Origin: Spirogloea muscicola
Lineage: Eukaryota
Length of the DNA: 38,324 nt
Reading direction: 5' to 3'
NCBI GenBank assembly: GCA_009602725.1
Contig: WELB01000006.1
Span: forward strand, 616,910 to 655,233
Shown piece after piece: positions 1 through 16,643 of this stretch. Below the pieces are notes generated by a model, which was not told the origin of the DNA, searched no databases, and saw nothing but the letters and a program-made list of their open reading frames with translations. Positions within the stretch are counted from its first letter, which is position 1. Each line of letters starts with the position of its first letter. Position numbers and translations under genes: made by a program.

Positions 1-310
1 AGACGAGTTCTTCCCGCTCGCCATCGATACGCACGGGGCGCTGGGCGCTCGGTGGCTCGAGCTGCTCAACCAGCTCTCACGCCACGCCATTGTCCGCCGC
101 TTCCATGGGGAGCTGGTGGACTCCCATGCAGCAGGGTCGCTAGCGCAGGTGTACCGCATGCGCTTGGCCGTCTCGCTGCAGAGGTCTATGGCCCGCGCGC
201 TGCACCTGCGTGCAGGCAGAGCCCTCGCTGCTGCCTCTGGCTCTGGCCAGGGGACCCGCTTCCAGGAACCCAGTCTCTCTGACCTGAGGCTGCTTAGCAG
301 GGGTTACTGA
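1..310 (+). mobile_element. 3' end of a non-LTR retrotransposon ORF, restriction-like endonuclease (RLE) C-terminus, CRE-like clade (copy A; continues upstream of the window)
   Basis: Open frame 2-310 translates DEFFPLAIDTHGALGARWLELLNQLSRHAI...VYRMRLAVSLQRSMARALHLRAGRAL...SLSDLRLLSRGY*. The FxPxAx(D/E)TxGxxG...RLxVxLQRxxA pattern is typical of the end of CRE-clade RLE ORFs. There are no introns, and three more diverged copies occur in the window. Confidence 0.75.
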
Positions 311-366
311 GTGCTTCGTAGCTGCTTCGCTTTTATTCTGTGCTTGTTGTTCTTCGTACTTCCCCA

Positions 367-500
367 GGCCCCTTCTCGTCCTTTGTACATTCTTTTCTGG
401 GCTGGCTTTTTCCAGCCCCTATCCTCAATGGGCGAGCCCTTCTCTCTGATTTTGGGCTGGCTTTGCCAGCCCCTCTTCTCTATGGGCGAGCACTTCCTTT
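367..500 (+). repeat. Retroelement 3' UTR motif with two tandem hairpin units
   Basis: GGGCTGG-CTTTTT-CCAGCCC (399-418) is followed by TGGGCGAGCC (429-438). The unit repeats as GGGCTGGC-TTT-GCCAGCCC (454-472) plus TGGGCGAGC (483-491). Homologous units occur at ~24156-24220, 24561-24630, 24761-24867 and 19114-19168. Confidence 0.75.
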
Positions 501-501
501 G

Positions 502-720
502 GGGCGGGGCGAGCAGGCCGACGTCAACGCCGCTGGCTCGCTTGCGCAGGTCTTTCGCATGCGCCGCCTGTCCATAGCCCTCCAGCGGTCCAAGGCCCAC
601 GCCTTGCAAAATGCGTGCTGGCCGCTCTCTAGCTCCAGCCTCTGGCTTTCGGCAACGGAATTACTCCCTGACCCATTATCGGCCCGACTTGCGCGATGGC
701 GCGTTGTCCCGCATGCAAGG
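502..720 (+). pseudogene. 5'-truncated, frameshifted second copy of the RLE retrotransposon C-terminus (copy B)
   Basis: Reads GEQADVNAAGSLAQVFRMRRLSIALQRSKAHALQ, then a 1-nt frameshift near 610 into MRAGRSLAPASGFRQ. It aligns with copy A GELVDSHAAGSLAQVYRMRLAVSLQRSMARALHLRAGRALAAASG. Confidence 0.7.
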
Positions 721-987
721 TGAGCAGGCAGTCAATCCTCTCTTCCTTTCCTACTTTCGTCTTTGCAGTATGTGTGGACTTGTAAGTTGGCATTGCAGCA
801 GCAATCTCGGATGGCCAGACGTTATCCACAAGCGCAGGCTGCACAACATCTGAGACAACAACGCCCATCCAGCCAGGTGCAGCCTGCTTGCCATCCCTTG
901 CCTGCTTAGACCTGAAAGACAGCTGATCAAGCACGCAGGCTGTTGTTGTGCTCACAGCCACATCAAAGTAACGGCATCAAATGTGTC

Positions 988-3812
988 TCATCGTTTTCTT
1001 GTGGACAAGGGCCACATGATTTCCGCCACATTGGCCATGACACCTCTATTGTACAAATTTCTCGTCACATTACTGGACCCAGGCCTTTGTGATGATCGAG
1101 TCCACCAGGAGAGACTGGAAAGCAGCGCTCCAACGACCTGGCTGCCTCGCTTGACAATATTCCATGGCCATTGTACCTTTGACTGTGCATCGTTGTCCAC
1201 TTCCACGCTAGCTGCTGCCGCTGCCGCGATCTCGCTAGCTTGCCAGCGGCGATAGTCGTCCCATTTGTACATCTGCACAAAAAGCCGGAGCATACTGAGT
1301 CCTCAAACTTCCACTGTTGCCACTTGGCAAGCTACGAGCTTGTGAGCGTCCAGAAAGTAGCTGAAGTTGCAATTATGTGCTGCTCCTCCTAGTGTGATCC
1401 TGAGCCTCTTCAAGCAATTATGGGCTGGTAATCCTCGAGGCTGCACTATGTGGAGCACATACCTCATTCGTCGTTGTGTTGGTAATCACTAAGTACAAGT
1501 GGTAGCAGAAAAAGCTCACAACGAGCACCGAGACAACCATGGAGAAGATTAGCAGCATCGTAGGCATGGCGAAGTAGTGCAGCAGCCACTGCATTGCCAC
1601 TGTTAGCAGGTCAGCTTGACATCTATTCAACCGAACTATCCAACCCCTCTTCGGCTCAAACAAGTCCTTCGTAGCACTTGCAATCAAGTCAAGTAGTGCA
1701 GTTAGATTGCAAGTACTACAGTGCAACAAGTGCAACAAGTGCAACAAGTGCAACAAGTGCAACAAGACAGCCTTCTCATAACTATCTGTCGACCTCCTCA
1801 ATGTTGGCACAGACTGCAGAACTCACCTGCGTGACCAGTGGAAGCCACTCTTTGATAGGCATTGTTGGCACTTGATGGTGACCTGGAAGAACAACAGTGA
1901 AGGCTGATCCAGCATGACTTCTACCATGCATGCAGCATTGCTCGCATTACTGAACTGCAGATTGCACACACAAAGAGCCAACCTTTCAGAGCGTCCAGCA
2001 AGTGCCGCTCCTGAACCTCTCCAGCAAAGACGCATCCAAGGATATATGCACCATACCAGCATATGATGCATTGCCTGCAAGCTCAGAGGCTGTCAATGTG
2101 ACCTCATCCAATGATGCCAATAGGATAAACAGAGCAGGCCTACCTAAAGACCTGACCACTGCAAGATAGGCAGTTCAGCTCACTATTGATGATCATTGTC
2201 ACAGCAGCAATGTTACTGACCATATTAGGAAGGCAAGGAAGAAGCGAATGTTGTTCTCTCCAATGCAATTGTTCTGCAGGCAGGACAAGAGCGAAGTCAG
2301 GCCTACTCCAGCCAAGACAGTTAGCCTACTCAGCCAGGCTCAAGAGATTTCGATACTTCTTAGACTTGAGGTCTGCAACAACAAGGCCTCTATCTTGCTA
2401 TAAGGCATGCCTTCATTAACAACAGCCTATGCATTGACTATAGGCAAAGTGGCTGAGGTCCCATCAAGTCACAACTGGGTAACTTACCATCCAACCGCAG
2501 TGGTGATCAAAACGTGCGACACAACGGTCGCAGATGCTGCAATGTTTGGACCTCGCCGGCCTGCACAAAAGCGGCAGTTAGCTGGCTGGTCTTGCTTGAC
2601 TCGCGTCCTGGCGAGACCTCTGAATCTTGCCTGTGTTATAGCAGAGCAACACTCAGGGCAACCGTGGCAGAGGCGTCCGCAGCCCCACAGCAATGTGGTC
2701 ATGGGACTCAAGCTGAACCTTGCCGACCGCAGCTTACAGACCTCACCTTTGCAATCTGCAGGTCTCACAGAACTTGGGGTTGTATATGATGCCGTCGTAA
2801 GGGTAGGTCTGGAGGTGCCCAGCGACATTGGTGGGTTTGACGTATCCCGGGTCGGCAAAGCAGGTGGCGAAGAAGAGCGCCAGTCCGACGAGGACGACGA
2901 CTGGTGCAGCGTAGCTGCCCACACATATGAGGTGCCGCGCATCCGCGCTCGCGTGGGTTCTCCCAAGGAGCAGCAGCTCATTGCCGTGGCCTTGCCACAG
3001 CCATGCACAGCATGTCCTGCCTACAGTGCAGGCAGAGACATACCAATTCCCTTCCTTGCCACATCGTAACAGTCGACCAGGAAGCATCACCTGTGCACGG
3101 AGGAGATGTAGGGGCCGGGGATGCGGGCGAAGCACGCCTGCCCAAAGGCCGCGTAGCCGCCAGCCAGCACCACCAGGTAGAAGAGCTATGGGACAGGCGC
3201 AATCGTGTCAACAGGACAAGCAAGGGCCAGGCCCAGCCTCGTCGTCGGGGGGCCCCAAGAACGGGCGCTGCCGTCGCAAGAGCCGCCAAGGCCGTGGCGG
3301 CGTAACGAGCGAGCTCGCATTTGCCTCTTGGCCGTCTGACAACAAGGGGTCACTGACAGGCCATTGAGAAGGCAGGCCTGACGGCGGATGCTGGGACCGG
3401 GGCAGCGGACCTGCATCAGTGGGTTGGGGCGGTCGCAGCACCACGTCGCCGTGGCGCCGTAGGCGTCCAGCCCCGCCTGGCCGCACGCCAGCCCCATCGC
3501 GCGCCTGCCGCCGGCCCCACCGTTGCCAGAGCGTTAAGTCACGAGAGCCCGCCGGCAAGCCAGCTCGGCCGCCGCCGCCGCGGCGCCGGCCGAAGGCCCC
3601 GAGCCGCCGCGGTAAGGAAGCCGCTGGGCCAGGTGGCGGGGCGCGGTGCGTGGGGGCTCTCACTCGAGCGCCTCGCAGGCGCCGGCAGTGAGCCAGCGGT
3701 GGCACCAGTGCACTGGCGTGCCGTGTAGCGCCGGCGCGTCGCCGACGAGCAGCACCAGCAGCAGGCCGCCGACGGCGCCCACGTACGCCGCCAGCACGAC
3801 CGCCGCGCCCAT
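988..3812 (-). CDS. DHHC protein S-acyltransferase (PAT17/Swf1/ZDHHC4-like), multi-exon
   Basis: ATG at 3812 ([33 protein letters not shown]). Exons encode [19 protein letters not shown]...[40 protein letters not shown] (~2487-2570), [31 protein letters not shown] and [24 protein letters not shown] (stop 988). The introns checked are GT-AG. Confidence 0.93.
1721..1765. repeat. 9-bp tandem repeat (GTGCAACAA)x5 in a DHHC-gene intron
   Basis: Five perfect units read directly, lying in the intron between the ...PLVTQ and WLLHYF... exons. Confidence 0.9.
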
Positions 3813-3993
3813 GGCGGCGGCGGCGGCGGCGGCGGCCTCGACCCTGTGCTAGGGTTCTCGATCTAGGGTTCCAGGGCTCGACAGCCCGAGCCCATAAACC
3901 CCGACCCCTCGGAACCCTAGGCCAGAATCCCGGACCTCGCGGCCCGGACGAGGCCCCCGTCGCCGCCCTCGCTGCGGCGGCGGCGGCGGCGCC
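3813..3993. promoter_or_regulatory. Compact bidirectional promoter (DHHC / RecQ) with telo-box-like and site II-like motifs
   Basis: Only 181 bp separate the divergent ATGs. TAGGGTT occurs at 3850-3856 and 3864-3870, AACCCTAG at 3913-3920, and AGCCCA at 3889-3894. (GCG)n tracts abut both ATGs. Confidence 0.55.
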
Positions 3994-10012
<6,019 letters not shown>

Positions 10013-10607
10013 CCTGAAGCACTAGACGGCTCTCTTAGTAATAGTGCGTAGGGCTATGGAGATTTTAGAGTCACATCCCGTCGCGGTCACATGCGCTGGG
10101 TAGCTTGTAAGGTGTCAAGGTTCATCCTCCCTCCCAAGGGCATCAATGATCAGGGAAGTGAGCATAGGGCAATGTCTGATATATGCTCATCTTCACTGCT
10201 GGTTTGGTAGCAGACTGTTGCTTGTAAATGTGTCTCAAGATCGTGCGCAAGTTGGTAGAAGTGCAGCGGTGAACATCTATGGTGAAGTGGTGAGAAGAAA
10301 GTGTGGTAGAAGGGACAAGCGGACATGCTACAAGCTAGAGCTAGTACTGAGGAGAACCCTTTGGCTTCAACTCGCTTCACAGAACGAACTTCCCTTCTAG
10401 CCCCCAGCTTTCACTGGTAAGACGTGCTTGTGTTTGCGCCACAATAGTGGCGCAGCCACCCTTCATGACAGTATGTGCATGTGCACTCCAGGAGCTCTAC
10501 ATGTTGATTTCTCTTTCGGACATGAGAGCGACAACAGCCAGCTCATTGTACTCGCTTGCACAAAATAAGAAGACTTAAAACGATTTGCAACAAAGTGGTG
10601 AAATTGA

Positions 10608-13600
10608 TCATGCACTCTTCAACCGCTTGCCATAAATAGTCCTGGCGCTGGCAACAATCAGCACAGAGAGCATAGTCACCACAACCCCAACCTGCAGTAT
10701 CCAATCGTCTTGTGACTTTTCGTCCTGCAAGTAGGCCCTCACAGTCAGCGTGCTCCAGAAGCTCTCTGTGAAAACTGGATCTACAGCGTCCATGGTAGTT
10801 CCACCTTCGAGCAGCTGCCAGCCACTGCCATCGTGCTTCACTCGAGGTGAGTGCGCAGGGATATATCTGCGTGGTGCATCAGATACAAAGTGAGTGGTAT
10901 GGCAGCAGACATTTCATCTAAGACGAATGCAGTCTGGTTGCAATGTCTTCAATATCCATGAGGAATATCAGATGCTACTGAGCATGTAGTCAAGTTAGGT
11001 GCAGATTGAGCACTGGCACGGATTGTTACAAAAGGCACAACGACTCTTCTGCTTGAGAAGTCACAAGATTGTATATTAATCTCGGCTGTGGTTACTAGTG
11101 GTTCAACAGAGCACCTTGCAGACGATAGCATACAAAAGCCCTTCGCATTCCACCTGGCTGCAACACACACTTCTCCCTGCCTGCACTCGGATGTCCTTGA
11201 GCATGACCTTTGGGGATCATCTCTGCGTTCAAGCCCGTCATGCATCCCAAGGGCAGCAGCACTTGTCTTGTTGGCCAGAAAATTGTAAGCAAATCTGATG
11301 GTGTCGTGGATGTAGGCTGGATCAGGGTCCTGGGAAGGTGCTCCAAGAAACACGCCAGAGTACTGAGAAGCCCGCGTACTGCTGGGGGTGATGTAACTGG
11401 CAACCAGTGGACAAAGGAGACCAGGATCTGACGTGAGGAAGCATTGCAGCAGTTCTTCAACAAGTGTGCTGTTGCACTCAATGTTGGCTGCTGCATCTCT
11501 TGTGCCGCCTGCTAATAGATGTAGACTGCGAGCTATAACGGTTGCTGCCTTTGTGATCGCCATTGCGTTAACATTGCCTGCAAACGGCAATCACAGCGCA
11601 ACCTTCTAAGTTTCTTAGACAATTTCTTAGACATCTAAAAACAAATGCCTGTACAGTTGCAACTTCAAATGTGACCATGCTCAGCACTTGACCTCCTCAT
11701 TGCCATTTCCCAGAAGCTATTCCTACAAGCAACAGTCATTTGTACAAGTATCACTTTGGGAGCCTAAGCCAAGGTGGTCTGATATAACTTCTATACCTTC
11801 ATCATCAAAGCGGCTGTGGTAGAAAGGATTCTTGAAGGTCTGGTCAAATTCTTCAAGAACCACACCAGCTAGTGAAGGTCTGTGGCCAAGAAATGCCATG
11901 AGAGATGAGGGCGGGATGCCCGGATTGCTTAAGCTCGCTGGAAGGACCTTCGTGTTGGCCACTTTCTCTGCTGCAGCTACCAGAGCGCTGTGTATCTCAT
12001 CTGTCAACTTCTTATCCTGTGGTGAGAACAGCAGGAGCAATAAAATTTGTCAGGTTTTGAAAGTACAGAGGACACATGCAAGAGCAGCCATAAATAATTT
12101 AATAAGACCTTCAAAGACAACGATAAGAAAGTAGCGTACAGCTTCACTGAAATGACCCTTGCATCAAACAGCAACCAGTTGACTGTAAAGCTTGTGCCAG
12201 AAGGGAGTGCTTACCTGCCCAGATTGACGGTGAGTGTACAAAGTCAAAGTCCCTTCAGTAAGAGCCCGACCTACTGATCCAATCTCAAGAACCTGTTGGC
12301 AGGACAAAGTAGCACATCAGTCGATTGGACAAATCACTACCTAGCAGCTCACTCTTGTATTGGAAACCCCTGCCTCAATGTGATCGACTAGATGTGAATC
12401 ACTGAACCACCGAACCACCAGCTGGCATCTGTAGGTCCATGAATAAACAAGTGGATTACGGGAACACAATCACAAGGATTTGTATGTCAGCCAGGGAAGA
12501 CTGCTCATAGCATGTCTGTCCTATCGTGACCTGTTTGATATTTGACAGCTCAAAGTCCACCACGGTCCTGTTGACACCCGTCAGCTGAGCAAGGAACTGA
12601 CGGCTGCCCAGGTATCCCCATGATTCTCCAAGGAGAACCAAAAAGCCAAGCTGTCCAGCAGGACGAAGGCCAGGTGAGAGTCAGAGAAATCGGAGTGCGA
12701 GGAGAATCTGGCCCTGTCCTGGAAGTCAACTAGAAGTTTGATAATCAAGAGATAGGGTGACGTTTATTGGCAATTTCAGTGATGCTTGCAATACCTGCTT
12801 ACTGAGCTGGTGAACTCCCACTTGACTTGTAAGAGCATCCACAGCTGCCAGCAGCGCAACAAAGCCCTGCCATTACTTGAGATCAATCAGCAGCTGTCAA
12901 GCTCCTCGGGGTCAACTACATCGAGAGGTGACCACACCCGCATCTGTATGCTTACTGCAATCAGCATGAGTTACTATGAAACACTTCCTGTTGCAATGTA
13001 AGTTTATGCATGCACAAGCATCACTCTGTTCCTGGCATAAGGGAGTATGCAGAAGCTATTGAAGACCAACTTGAGCTGCCCAATCGCAATCTATATATGC
13101 AATTCTGTTGAACCTTCAACTCTAGGCGGGATGACTGAATGAGTAACTTACAGAAAGAGGAGAATCAGCTCCTGGAGCTACATCACGGAAAAAGGACGCG
13201 GCATCAACAGAGGCCATGGCAATGACGACTTCCTTCTGAGAATCAGCCCTCTCTGCAGGGAATGATGGTAGTGCAGAGAAGACACTGCATAGAACGAAGG
13301 TGACTTGTGTGCGCATCAATGATGCCCAGCTTTACGGCATTGCTGGAAATTTGAGCCCTATGCACGACACATCAAACTGATGGCCAGTGACGACAAATTG
13401 TGCCCGTATGTCAAAGGAGAAACGAACCTGTATCCACCAAGTGGGAGGCAGGTGAGTGATGCAAGGCAAGCAGCAGTGTTGTTTGTTTCAGACTTTGTTG
13501 TCTGCCCAAGACAACCACTGTCCTCGTCAGAGCATCGGCATTTGCCACAAGACATACTTCTGCTATCTAGGGTTCCTTTAGAGGCATGACTAAGCTACAG

Positions 13601-15504
13601 TAAGCAAGTGACAGCAACTTCACCTGCATGATGAAGCTCATTTCAGCAACATACAAAGGTCGCTGGAAGGTGCGCCTCTCATTTACAGCTGAAAACTGAA
13701 CCACCAGATGCAATAATTACGACAGTTGCTAAAAGGCATGCTCTGCATGTATTACAGACATGTGTGCACGTGATGGTGCTTAGACTGATTTAGTAAGGAT
13801 TTGTCAGCGACGATACAGGGATAAACACAGGGCTTACCTCAACAATTGTCTCCGTGGAGTTTGAATCTAGAAGATGGACAGGGAATGGAAAGCGCTTGGA
13901 GACCAAGCCCAAGCCCTGAAGCATGTAAGACGAGTCGCCCCTTGCTATCAGCAGGCACAAGAGGACTGCACAGTATCACTATTTCACCTCATTGTTTGCT
14001 CGTATATCAATAATTGCACAGTCAATTTCAGGTGCACCTGCTCAGGTGTGTACTTACAAAAGGATTCCAAGGATAAGCCTTGTCCTTGTATGGGGCAAAT
14101 TGAGCAAGTGGAAATGTATCACCAGGAGAGAAACCTGTGATATAATGGCGTGTGCAAGCATGGAGAGTTGCAACTCCTGGCGTGAGGCAAAGTACAAATG
14201 ATCTGCTAACTGCTAAAAAGGTTGGATATTAAGATTAACCTAGACAGGGGAAAGAGTATATGAAGGCCTTTGCATCGTCTAGTAGGTACTTAGTCTGTTT
14301 GACATTGGTAGATAGACAAGACCAGCCTTTCAGGCAGAGCTCTAGCTGCAGAGGTGGACAACTTCCTGGTCAGCAAAGGCAAGAAGCCCACGCCTACCTT
14401 GCAGAGAGTGCGTCTGTCTTGTACCTTCCCCATCGTACATAACCAGTACGCCTGCTACATTTTTCTCCAAAGTAGAATCCAACAATGTCCTGCAACCTAG
14501 ACGTCAAAACACTATCACCCTCTGTAGTCTCAAACTGTTCTTATCGTCTTAATTGACTCGCTGCAATTTGCTACACTAGGATAGCAAGGCTCACTTCGTA
14601 GAATTTTTTGGGGAGCAATCCTATCAAATTAGTCAGGAGGTTCTTGGCGAAGACCCTGGTTGGAGTCGCTCCCCCTGCTTACCTTTGCAAAAAGGCCCCA
14701 AAGTCCGATCCAGAGATCAAAATCGCGGATCGATCCACGACCGTCTCATTTGGGCTCTTGAGATGCTTGATGGGAGCACTGACCGTGTATCTCGAAGGAT
14801 CTGCAATGACAATTGATTGCTGTATTGTATTGGCTTTGGTGCGGTAATTTTGACTCTTACTTGACAACCAACCCTTCTTGCTCCACATTTAGCTGCAACC
14901 AAGCAGGGCATGACAGTTTGTATCTGGCAGTGCTGTCGGGCTTCTTTTATCCTACCAGACCTCATTAGTGGTAATTCTTGTATAACATTCAGGCAGTAAG
15001 TACGTATAAGCTACTCATTACGTGACACAGCAGCGGCCTCCAGGCTACACACAGAATGTGTAGTGGTGCATGACCTCATACAGTTGCCAAGGGCCATGTG
15101 CAAGCACGTCTGTTGATCTGTCAGGACTCTCAGCTGTAGCTTGTATGCTTAGGTAGCCATGATTGGCAAGCGTACTTGCGCATCCAAGCTCTCCTTGCAC
15201 GGTCAACAAGCGGACGCAGGGGCTGCCTTCCACGCCAACGTACATGGCCGCAGTCAAGTCGGGGACTGATCCTAGCTGCTCCTGGGATCTGACTGCGTCA
15301 TCAAGGTACCAGCAAACGCGAGAAGGCCCAATCAGCCAAGCAAATCATCTAGAGGAGCCGGCCGGCCGAGCTACAACGATTGCGGTCTCTTGTGGAGCCA
15401 GCAGCACTAGCGTGCAGCAGAGCAGGGCCGTGCTGCTAACCACCGCCTGCGCCAGCGACCGCTGCCATGACGACGGCGATGGCCCACAGGCCGAGGGTTC
15501 CCAT
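10608..15504 (-). CDS. NCT: Nicastrin (gamma-secretase subunit), multi-exon
   Basis: ATG 15504 with a signal peptide (MGTLGLWAIAVVMAAVAGA). Exons give VPDLTAAMYVGVEGSPCVRLLTVQGELGCA, CLPLGGY, DAASFFRDVAPGADSPLS, GESWGYLGSRQF, NPGIPPSSLMAFL, FKNPFYHSRFDD, DPVFTESFWS and a C-terminal TM helix. Stop at 10608. Confidence 0.93.
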
Positions 15505-16643
15505 GGTCGCCGCGGCGCCGCCGTCCGGCCGCGGGCGGACGGCGAGGGCCTCACAGGCGCCGCACCGTGTGCATCGGCCTCTCGCGGAGCTGCGACGGCT
15601 GGCGGCACCAAGGACTAGGGAGGACGACGGCGGAAGCAGTTAAACTGCGGCGTCTTCTTCACTACGGCGGAATGGTGACGAGCGCGCAAGAAAGGGCGGC
15701 GACGCAGCCGAGTGCTTGTCCCGGAAGAGCTCACGTTTGTCCCGAGGCCAGCAACTCGTCCCACCCGTTCAAATATACTTTCCACAGTATATAGTGGTAA
15801 TGCTACCGGGAAAGCGCTTTCGGGCCACAGAGGTCATGGACAAGGTGGAGCTAACCCTAACTTACTTATTTCAGACATCATACCCGAAAGTCATATCATC
15901 ATTAGCATTCCCTCAGAGGTAAATGGGAGGCACTGTGTACAGATGATGATTTCCAGACCCCTTCGCGACAAATTGAGGGCACCCCCAGCGCATTCATGAG
16001 AGACTGGGACTCCTTGCAGACAGAATTGCGGCAGTGCGCGACCAAAAGCGATGCCACCAACAGCATCTCAGTAGGCAGACGTCTTCAAGCCAAGCAGACA
16101 CGATGTCAGCCAGCAGCGAGCAGGTGATACTTGGAGCCGAGGTAGCTGAGGGTGCCACTTTTTTTCACATCAGGAGATGGTTAGCTACAGGGAAGATCGT
16201 AGCGCCCTTTGTACTCCTCACCTGCGCCCACTGCATGTCTGCCAAACCAGGGTAAAAGTGGGCTTTTGTAGCGTTTATTGCCTGAAGCGTTGCTGGAGCA
16301 CGTGGACCATCAAAAGGGGGCACATCTACTTGGCATGACATCTTGCAGATGCTCTGCCACTTGGCACTTGCATCGCAAGGAAGCCTTACCAAGGCCATGG
16401 TGAGGTGGTTGTGCACACCAACTAAGGACGCAATGGAGAATGTTGAGCATTGAGGCTTCAGCGATGTCTGCTTGTAATCAACACTCCCACTGCAACAATT
16501 GCAGGACGCAGATCCTAGAGAGTCGAGGCGCAGGTGGAAGACCTCGTCTAGCTCAAATTTTGCTAAAGATGAGGTAGATGGTAGACCCGTCCAGATTAGC
16601 ACAGGCGAGGAGGCAACGGCCTTTGCTCATTTCATCATTAGCA

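Noticed and set aside
399..440. Hairpin motif as an HDV-like ribozyme, histone stem-loop or rho-independent terminator
   Set aside because: The loop is too short to hold the nested HDV P2/P3 elements, it does not match the histone stem-loop consensus, and there is no downstream U-tract on + nor any bacterial context.
399..491. Repeated palindromic units could be taken for a CRISPR array
   Set aside because: There are only two adjacent units, the intervening sequences resemble each other rather than being unique spacers, no cas genes are present, and the context is eukaryotic.
517..545. ADVNAAGSL resembles the TnpB/Fanzor RuvC-III DxNAAxNI motif
   Set aside because: The homologous intact copy A reads DSHAAGSL. 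It has no preceding CxxC zinc finger and sits within an FxPxAxDTxG...RLxxxLQR context typical of RLE retrotransposons.
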